Of a stretch of DNA of 64,000 nucleotides, positions 51,853 through 64,000 are shown one piece after another. The notes under the pieces were generated by a model. It was not told the origin of the DNA. It saw only the letters and a program-made list of their open reading frames with translations, and did no database searches. How positions within the stretch are numbered: position 1 is the stretch's first letter; the number at the start of each line of letters is the position of its first letter. Origin of the DNA: the human T2T-CHM13v2.0 reference genome, Homo sapiens; the NCBI RefSeq assembly GCF_009914755.1, contig NC_060948.1. One strand, written 5' to 3'. A program made the position numbers and the translations under genes.

Positions 51853-53980
51853 AGATCCGTATTTTTTAAATGAAAAAAAATTTCAAAGGTACTCTGCTTG
51901 GTACAATAATCAAATGTATAAACTGAGGAATAAAACATAACCATGAAACCTACTTATAACTGCATATGGAAAATACAGAGGATAATTTTTTAAATAACAT
52001 ATTTTGAAAGCCTTAACTAGTAATTTGAAGAGTTGGCATTTGAAAGGCCAGTATGAATATACCTTCAAAGCAGCAACACAGGTTCCCCATGAGAAAAAGC
52101 AAACACAGGGAAAATAAAAACACAAAGGTTCAATCTCTTCTGACCTTTGAAAGACACAGCACAGACAGTGGTCCTTAGGACGAAGAGCAGGAGACCCCTA
52201 ATTCCGTCACCATGGCGATAGGGCATAAACATTGCTGGGTGAGGGCACAATCCACATTGTGAGGTCCAACTGCTGCCAGGAAGACAGGAGTGCTTTTACA
52301 TAGACCGAAAGGTCATTGAAGGCTCAGAGTTTTGTTTCAAGAACTGAATCCCAAGCCCACACGTTATTAGGCTGCGCTTCTTAAAACAAGTTATGAGATG
52401 GGAAAAAGGGCACCCACAAACATACGTATACATTATGTATATAATAATATACAGTATCATATATATAATATATATAACCTATGTATAATATTGTTTTACA
52501 TCCTGCATCTAATGTTATATATATTGTATAAAATATAATAATTGATAATATATAAGTTTTATAATTATACAATATGACATATAGTATATATTATAATTTA
52601 TGACATATATAATATATGTTATATGTCATATATAGAATATATTATACGGTTAATATACGTATTAAATATAAATTATACATTATATATATTATATATAATA
52701 TATCTGTTATATATAATACCCATTATGCATAATATATATATTATGTCTATGTTATATATAGTATAAAACAACATATAATAATATATAATTGTATATATAA
52801 AATGCGACATATAATATATATTATATTTTATAACATATGTAATATATATTATATATTATATATAATACGTTGTATGTATAATACCTATATTAAATATATA
52901 TTATATGACTATGTTATTAATTACATGTCACATGTGTTATATATTATATATTTTACATAGAATATACCGGTTACATACAATATATACTATGTTACCTATA
53001 ATGTATAATTTATTACATGTAAAATAAAGAATGCAATATATTATGTATAATTTATAATATACCATATGTGGAATGTGATATATATAACATATAATATATG
53101 ATATATGATATACAGTATATGATATATAACATACAATATATGATTCCTAATATATATGGTATACAATATATATTTTATGATATGTATTCTATATGTTTTA
53201 TATTCTGTTATATATAACTATTTGAAATTATATATAACTGTATAATATTTTATGTAAATATGTAATATAATATATATAACTATATAATATATTATATATA
53301 ACTATATATTATGTTATATATACTTTTATAACATAATTTACATAAAATATCATAATATAATATATATTATATTATTTCATATTACATAATATATATTACA
53401 TATCACCCAATAAAACTAACATACATAATATTATAATATAGATTATATTGTGTTATATTAAATATCATATATATCATGTATCATATATTCTATAATATAT
53501 ATTACACATTATATAATATGTATGTTGTCTATTATGTGATATATATAACTATATATATAATTATATTTTTATACATATAACTAGATAAACATGTAATTCT
53601 ACATATTTTCATTTATAATATGTATAATTATATAATCATATATAATTATTTATATTCTATAAAAAATTTTATCATTATATAAATTATAATATATAAAAAT
53701 TATAATATGTACTACAAATATATATATTATATATCATATATGATATAGTACCTTTGTTATATTTCATAATACATATAAATGTGTATTATGTTATCTATAA
53801 TTATATAATTTCATATATAAGATGTATAATATGTATCATATATTATATATGTTATGTAATATATATAGTATATATAAGATGACACAGGATAAATATTATA
53901 TACTATGACATATAAAATATATGAGGTTATATGTTACATATAAGGCATAGCACAGAACATTTAATATATATCATATATAA

Positions 53981-54272
<292 letters not shown>

Positions 54273-56399
54273 AGATCCATATTTTTTAAATGAAAAAAAA
54301 TTTCAAAGGTACTCTGCTTGGTACAATAATCAAATGTATAAACTGAGGAATAAAACATAACCATGAAACCTACTTATAACTGCATATGGAAAATACAGAG
54401 GATAATTTTTTAAATAACATATTTTGAAAGCCTTAACTAGTAATTTGAAGAGTTGGCATTTGAAAGGCCAGTATGAATATACCTTCAAAGCAGCAACACA
54501 GGTTCCCCATGAGAAAAAGCAAACACAGGGAAAATAAAAACACAAAGGTTCAATCTCTTCTGACCTTTGAAAGACACAGCACAGACAGTGGTCCTTAGGA
54601 CGAAGAGCAGGAGACCCCTAATTCCGTCACCATGGCGATAGGGCATAAACATTGCTGGGTGAGGGCACAATCCACATTGTGAGGTCCAACTGCTGCCAGG
54701 AAGACAGGAGTGCTTTTACATAGACCGAAAGGTCATTGAAGGCTCAGAGTTTTGTTTCAAGAACTGAATCCCAAGCCCACACGTTATTAGGCTGCGCTTC
54801 TTAAAACAAGTTATGAGATGGGAAAAAGGGCACCCACAAACATACGTATACATTATGTATATAATAATATACAGTATCATATATATAATATATATAACCT
54901 ATGTATAATATTGTTTTACATCCTGCATCTTATGTTATATATATTGTATAAAATATAATAATTGATAATATATAAGTTTTATAATTATACAATATGACAT
55001 ATAGTATATATTATAATTTATGAAATATATAATATATGTTATATGTCATATATAGAATATATTATACGGTTAATATACGTATTAAATATAAATTATACAT
55101 TATATATATTATATATAATATATCTGTTATATATAATACCCATTATGCATAATATATATATTATGTCTATGTTATATATAGTATAAAACAACATATAATA
55201 ATATATAATTGTATATATAAAATGCGACATATAATATATATTATATTTTATAACATATGTAATATATATTATATATTATATATAATACGTTGTATGTATA
55301 ATACCTATATTAAATATATATTATATGACTATGTTATTAATTACATGTCACATGTGTTATATATTATATATTTTACATAGAATATACCGGTTACATACAA
55401 TATATACTATGTTACCTATAATGTATAATTTATTACATGTAAATTAAAGAATGCAATATATTATGTAAAATTTATAATATACCATATGTGGAATGTGATA
55501 TATATAACATATAATATATGATATATGATGTACAGTATATGATATATAACATACAATATATGATTCCTAATATATATGGTATACAATATATATTTTATGA
55601 TATGTATTCTATATGTTTTATATTCTGTTATATATAACTATTTGAAATTATATATAACTGTATAATATTTTATGTAAATATGTAATATAATATATATAAC
55701 TATATAATATATTATATATAACTATATATTATGTTATATATACTTTTATAACATAATTTACATAAAATATCATAATATAATATATATTATATTATTTCAT
55801 ATTACATAAAATATATTACATATCACCCAATATAACTAACATACATAATATTATAATATAGATTATATTATGTTATAATAAATATCATATATATCATATA
55901 TCATATATTCTATAATATATATTACACATTATATAATATGTATGTTTTCTATTATGTGATATATATAACTATATATATAATTATATTTGTATACATATAA
56001 CTAGATAAACATGTAATTCTACATATTTTCATTTATAATATGTAGAATTATATAATCATATATAATTATTTATATTCTAAAAAAATTTTATCATTATATA
56101 AATTATTATATATAAAAACTATAATATGTACTACAAATATATATATTATATATCATATATGCTATAGTACCTTTGTTATATATCATAATACATATAAATG
56201 TGTATTATGTTATCTATAATTATATAATTTCATATATAAGTTGTATAATATGTATCATATATTATATATGTTATGTAATATATATAGTATATATAAGATG
56301 ACACAGGATAAATATTATATACTATGACATATAAAATATATGAGGTTATATGTTACATATAAGGCATAGCACATAACATGTAATATATATCATATATAA

Positions 56400-56691
56400 T
56401 TTTTTTTTAGACAGAATCTCGTCCTGTTGCACAGGGTGGGGTACAATGGCGCCATCTTTGCTCACTGCAACTTCTGCCTCACGGGTCCAAGCGATTGTCC
56501 TCCCTCAGCCTCCCAGGTAGCTGGGACTACACCACACTGGGACTACACCAGCTGCCACCATGCCTAGCTAATTTTTTGGATTTTTAGTAGTGACAGCGTT
56601 TCACTGTATTGGCCAGGATGGTCTTGATCTCTTCACCTTGTGATCCCCTTGCCTTGGCCTCCAAATTTGCTGGGATTACAGGCCTGAGCCA
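56400..56691 (-). mobile_element. Alu, unit 24
   Basis: Copy of 765-1056. Confidence 0.93.
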
Positions 56692-58819
56692 AGATCCATA
56701 TTTTTTAAATGAAAAAAAATTTCAAAGGTACTCTGCTTGGTACAATAATCAAATGTATAAACTGAGGAATAAAACATAACCATGAAACCTACTTATAACT
56801 GCATATGGAAAATACAGAGGATAATTTTTTAAATAACATATTTTGAAAGCCTTAACTAGTAATTTGAAGAGTTGGCATTTGAAAGGCCAGTATGAATATA
56901 CCTTCAAAGCAGCAACACAGGTTCCCCATGAGAAAAAGCAAACACAGGGAAAATAAAAACACAAAGGTTCAATCTCTTCTGACCTTTGAAAGACACAGCA
57001 CAGACAGTGGTCCTTAGGACGAAGAGCAGGAGACCCCTAATTCCGTCACCATGGCGATAGGGCATAAACATTGCTGGGTGAGGGCACAATCCACATTGTG
57101 AGGTCCAACTGCTGCCAGGAAGACAGGAGTGCTTTTACATAGACCGAAAGGTCATTGAAGGCTCAGAGTTTTCTTTCAAGAACTGAATCCCAAGCCCACA
57201 CGTTATTAGGCTGCGCTTCTTAAAACAAGTTATGAGATGGGAAAAAGGGCACCCACAAACATACGTATACATTATGTATATAATAATATACAGTATCATA
57301 TATATAATAAATATAACCTATGTATAATATTGTTTTACATCCTGCATCTTATGTTATATATATTGTATAAAATATAATAATTGATAATATATAAGTTTTA
57401 TAATTACACAATATGACATATAGTATATATTATAATTTATGACATATATAACATATGTTATATGTCATATATAGAATATATTATACGGTTAATATACGTA
57501 TTAAATATAAATTATACATTATATATATTATATATAATATATCTGTTATATATAATACCCATTATGCATAATATATATATTATGTCTATGTTATATATAG
57601 TATAAAACAACATATAATAATATATAATTGTATATATAAAATGCGACATATAATATATATTATATTTTATAACATATGTAATATATATTATATATTATAT
57701 ATAATACGTTGTATGTATAATACCTATATTAAATATATATTATATGACTATGTTATTAATTACATGTCACATGTGTTATATATTATATATTTTACATAGA
57801 ATATACCGGTTACATACAATATATACTATGTTACCTATAATGTATAATTTATTACATGTAAAATAAAGAATGCAATATATTATGTATAATTTATAATATA
57901 CCATATGTGGAATGTGATATAAATAACATATAATATATGATATATGATATACAGTATATGATATATAACATACAATATATGATTCGTAATATATATGGTA
58001 TACAATATATATTTTATGATATGTATTCTATATGTTTTATATTCTGTTATATATAACTATTTGAAATTATATATAACTGTATAATATTTTATGTAAATAT
58101 GTAATATAATATATATAACTATATAATATATTATATATAACTATATATTATGTTATATATACTTTTATAACATAATTTACATAAAATATCATAATATAAT
58201 ATATATTATATTATTTCATATTACATAATATATATTACATATCACCCAATATAACTAACATACATAATATTATAATATAGATTATATTGTGTTATATTAA
58301 ATATCATATATATCATGTATCATATATTCTATAATATATATTACACATTATATAATATGTATGTTGTCTATTATGTGATATATATAACTATATATATAAT
58401 TATATTTTTATACATATAACTAGATAAACATGTAATTCTACATATTTTCATTTATAATATGTAGAATTATATAATCATATATAATTATTTATATTCTATA
58501 AAAAATTTTATCATTATATAAATTATAATATATAAAAATTATAATATGTACTACAAATATATATATTATATATCATATATGATATAGCACCTTTGTTATA
58601 TTTCATAATACATATAAATGTGTATTATGTTATCTATAATTATATAATTTCATATATAAGATGTATAATATGTATCATATATTATATATGTTATGTAATA
58701 TATATAGTATATATAAGATGACACAGGATAAATATTATATACTATGACATATAAAATATATGAGGTTATATGTTACATATAAGGCATAGCACATAACATT
58801 TAATATATATCATATATAA

Positions 58820-59111
<292 letters not shown>

Positions 59112-61239
59112 AGATCCATATTTTTTAAATGAAAAAAAATTTCAAAGGTACTCTGCTTGGTACAATAATCAAATGTATAAACTGAGGAATAAAACATAAC
59201 CATGAAACCTACTTATAACTGCATATGGAAAATACAGAGGATAATTTTTTAAATAACATATTTTGAAAGCCTTAACTAGTAATTTGAAGAGTTGGCATTT
59301 GAAAGGCCAGTATGAATATACCTTCAAAGCAGCAACACAGGTTCCCCATGAGAAAAAGCAAACACAGGGAAAATAAAAACACAAAGGTTCAATCTCTTCT
59401 GACCTTTGAAAGACACAGCACAGACAGTGGTCCTTAGGACGAAGAGCAGGAGACCCCTAATTCCGTCACCATGGCGATAGGGCATAAACATTGCTGGGTG
59501 AGGGCACAATCCACATTGTGAGGTCCAACTGCTGCCAGGAAGACAGGAGTGCTTTTACATAGACCGAAAGGTCATTGAAGGCTCAGAGTTTTGTTTCAAG
59601 AACTGAATCCCAAGCCCACACGTTATTAGGCTGCGCTTCTTAAAACAAGTTATGAGATGGGAAAAAGGGCACCCACAAACATACGTATACATTATGTATA
59701 TAATAATATACAGTATCATATATATAATATATATAACCTATGTATAATATTGTTTTACATCCTGCATCTTATGTTATATATATTGTATAAAATATAATAA
59801 TTGATAATATATAAGTTTTATAATTATACAATATGACATATAGTATATATTATAATTTATGACATATATAATATATGTTATATGTCATATATAGAATATA
59901 TTATACGGTTAATATACGTATTAAATATAAATTATACATTATATATATTATATATAATATATCTGTTATATATAATACCCATTATGCATAATATATATAT
60001 TATGTCTATGTTATATATAGTATAAAACAACATATAATAATATATAATTGTATATATAAAATGCGACATATAATATATATTATATTTTATAACATATGTA
60101 ATATATATTATATATTATATATAATACGTTGTATGTATAATACCTATATTAAATATATATTATATGACTATGTTATTAATTACATGTCACATGTGTTATA
60201 TATTATATATTTTACATAGAATATACCGGTTACATACAATATATACTATGTTACCTATAATGTATAATTTATTACATGTAAAATAAAGAATGCAATATAT
60301 TATGTATAATTTATAATATACCATATGTGGAATGTGATATAAATAACATATAATATATGATATATGATATACAGTATATGATATATAACATACAATATAT
60401 GATTCGTAATATATATGGTATACAATATATATTTTATGATATGTATTCTATATGTTTTATATTCTGTTATATATAACTATTTGAAATTATATATAACTGT
60501 ATAATATTTTATGTAAATATGTAATATAATATATATAACTATATAATATATTATATATAACTATATATTATGTTATATATACTTTTATAACATAATTTAC
60601 ATAAAATATCATAATATAATATATATTATATTATTTCATATTACATAATATATATTACATATCACCCAATATAACTAACATACATAATATTATAATATAG
60701 ATTATATTGTGTTATATTAAATATCATATATATCATGTATCATATATTCTATAATATATATTACACATTATATAATATATATGTTGTCTATTATGTGATA
60801 TATATAACTATATATATAATTATATTTTTATACATATAACTAGATAAACATGTAATTCTACATATTTTCATTTATAATATGTAGAATTATATAATCATAT
60901 ATAATTATTTATATTCTATAAAAAATTTTATCATTATGTAAATTATAATATATAAAAATTATAATATGTACTACAAATATATATATTATATATCATATAT
61001 GATATAGTACCTTTGTTATATTTCATAATACATATAAATGTGTATTATGTTATCTATAATTATATAATTTCATATATAAGATGTATAATATGTATCATAT
61101 ATTATATATGTTATGTAATATATATAGTATATATAAGATGACACAGGATAAATATTATATACTATGACATATAAAATATATGAGGTTATATGTTACATAT
61201 AAGGCATAGCACATAACATGTAATATATATCATATATAA

Positions 61240-61531
61240 TTTTTTTTTAGACAGAATCTCGTCCTGTTGCACAGGGTGGGGTACAATGGCGCCATCTTTG
61301 CTCACTGCAACTTCTGCCTCACGGGTCCAAGCGATTGTCCTCCCTCAGCCTCCCAGGTAGCTGGGACTACACCACACTGGGACTACACCAGCTGCCACCA
61401 TGCCTAGCTAATTATTTGGATTTTTAGTAGTGACAGCGTTTCACTGTATTGGCCAGGATGGTCTTGATCTCTTCACCTTGTGATCCCCTTGCCTTGGCCT
61501 CCAAATTTGCTGGGATTACAGGCCTGAGCCA
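61240..61531 (-). mobile_element. Alu, unit 26
   Basis: Copy of 765-1056. Confidence 0.93.
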
Positions 61532-63659
61532 AGATCCATATTTTTTAAATGAAAAAAAATTTCAAAGGTACTCTGCTTGGTACAATAATCAAATGTATAA
61601 ACTGAGGAATAAAACATAACCATGAAACCTACTTATAACTGCATATGGAAAATACAGAGGATAATTTTTTAAATAACATATTTTGAAAGCCTTAACTAGT
61701 AATTTGAAGAGCTGGCATTTGAAAGGCCAGTATGAATATACCTTCAAAGCAGCAACACAGGTTCCCCATGAGAAAAAGCAAACACAGGGAAAATAAAAAC
61801 ACAAAGGTTCAATCTCTTCTGACCTTTGAAAGACACAGCACAGACAGTGGTCCTTAGGACGAAGAGCAGGAGACCCCTAATTCCGTCACCATGGCGATAG
61901 GGCATAAACATTGCTGGGTGAGGGCACAATCCACATTGTGAGGTCCAACTGCTGCCAGGAAGACAGGAGTGCTTTTACATAGACCGAAAGGTCATTGAAG
62001 GCTCAGAGTTTTGTTTCAAGAACTGAATCCCAAGCCCACACGTTATTAGGCTGCGCTTCTTAAAACAAGTTATGAGATGGGAAAAAGGGCACCCACAAAC
62101 ATACGTATACATTATGTATATAATAATATACAGTATCATATATATAATATATATACCCTATGTATAATATTGTTTTACATCCTGCATCTTATGTTATATA
62201 TATTGTATAAAATATAATAATTGATAATATATAAGTTTTATAAGTATACAATATGACATATAGTATATATTATAATTTATGACATATATAATATACGTTA
62301 TATGTCATATATAGAGTATATTATACGGTTAATATACGTATTAAATATAAATTATACATTATATATATTATATATAATATATCTGTTATATATAATACCC
62401 ATTATGCATAATATATATATTATGTCTATGTTATATATAGTATAAAACAACATATAATAATATATAATTGTATATATAAAATGCGACATATAATATATAT
62501 TATATTTTATTACATATGTAATATATATTATATATTATATATAATACGTTGTATGTATAATACCTATATTAAATATATATTATATGACTATGGTATTAAT
62601 TACATGTCACATGTGTTATATATTATATATTTTGCATAGAATATACCGGTTACATACAATATATACTATGTTACCTATAATGTATAATTTATTACATGTA
62701 AAATAAAGAATGCAATATATTATGTAAAATTTATAATATACCATATGTGGAATGTGATATATATAACATATAATATATGATATATGATGTACAGTATATG
62801 ATATATAACATACAATATATGATTCCTAATATATATGGTATACAATATATATTTTATGTTATGTATTCTATATGTTTTATATTCTGTTATATATAACTAT
62901 TTGAAATTATATATAACTGTATAATATTTTATGTAAATATGTAATATAATATATATAACTATATAATATATTATATATAACTATATATTATGTTATATAT
63001 ACTTTTATAACATAATTTACATAAAATATCATAATATAATATATGTTATATTAATTCATATTACATAATATATATTACATATCACCCAATATAACTAACA
63101 TACATAATATTATAATATAGATTATATTATGTTATATTAAATATCATATATATCATGTATCATATATTCTATAATATATATTACACCTTATATAATATGT
63201 ATGTTGTCTATTATGTGATATATATAACTATATATATAATTATATTTTTATACATATAACTAGATAAACATGTAATTCTACATATTTTCATTTATAATAT
63301 GTAGAATTATATAATCATATATAATTATTTATATTCTATAAAAAATTTTATCATTATATAAATTATAATATATAAAAATTATAATATGTACTACAAATAT
63401 ATATATTATATATCATATATGATATAGTACCTTTGTTATATATCATAATACATATAAATGTGTATTATGTTATCTATAATTATATAATTTCATATATAAG
63501 ATGTATAATATGTATCATATATTATATATGTTATGTAATATATATAGTATATATAAGATGACACAGGATAAATATTATATACTATGACATATAAAATATA
63601 TGAGGTTATATGTTACATATAAGGCATAGCACATAACATGTAATATATATCACATATAA

Positions 63660-63951
63660 TTTTTTTTTAGAGAGAATCTTGTCCTGTTGCACAGGGTGGG
63701 GTACAATGGAGCCATCTTTGCTCACTGCAACTTCTGCCTCACGGGTCCAAGCGATTGTCCTCCCTCAGCCTCCCAGGTAGCTGGGACTACACCACACTGG
63801 GACTACACCAGCTGCCACCATGCCTAGCTAATTATTTGGATTTTTAGTAGTGACAGCGTTTCACTGTATTGGCCAGGATGGTCTTGATCTCTTCACCTTG
63901 TGATCCCCTTGCCTTGGCCTCCAAATTTGCTGGGATTACAGACCTGGGCCA
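63660..63951 (-). mobile_element. Alu, unit 27 (several private substitutions)
   Basis: Copy of 765-1056 with agagaatc, atggagcc and gacctgggcc variants. Confidence 0.92.
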
Positions 63952-64000
63952 AGATCCATATTTTTTAAATGAAAAAAAATTTCAAAGGTACTCTGCTTGG

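Overview
The whole 64 kb is one uninterrupted, single-orientation tandem array of a ~2,420-bp composite unit (about 26.5 copies; spacings 2,415-2,420 bp; copies differ only by scattered substitutions and 1-3 bp indels). Each unit has three parts: a 5'-clipped, diverged Alu on the minus strand (~292 bp), a ~570-bp mixed-composition segment, and ~1.55 kb of degenerate (TA)n-type AT-rich sequence. The unit size, the three-part layout and a predicted 2,146-bp HaeIII fragment match the known human DYZ2/HSat1B satellite of Yq12 heterochromatin; related HSat1B arrays exist on acrocentric short arms. This identification is from recognition, not a database search. There are no credible protein-coding genes, RNA genes or CRISPR arrays; the ORF track is the same chance ORFs recurring once per unit. 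I found no new gene-based system. The most interesting signal is in the variant pattern: nested 2-, 5- and 9-unit duplications, recombinant units and small conversion-like patches. More speculative points are a retained Pol III B-box in the Alu and a cluster of nuclear-receptor and TCF-like motifs. Units are numbered 1-27 by their Alu.
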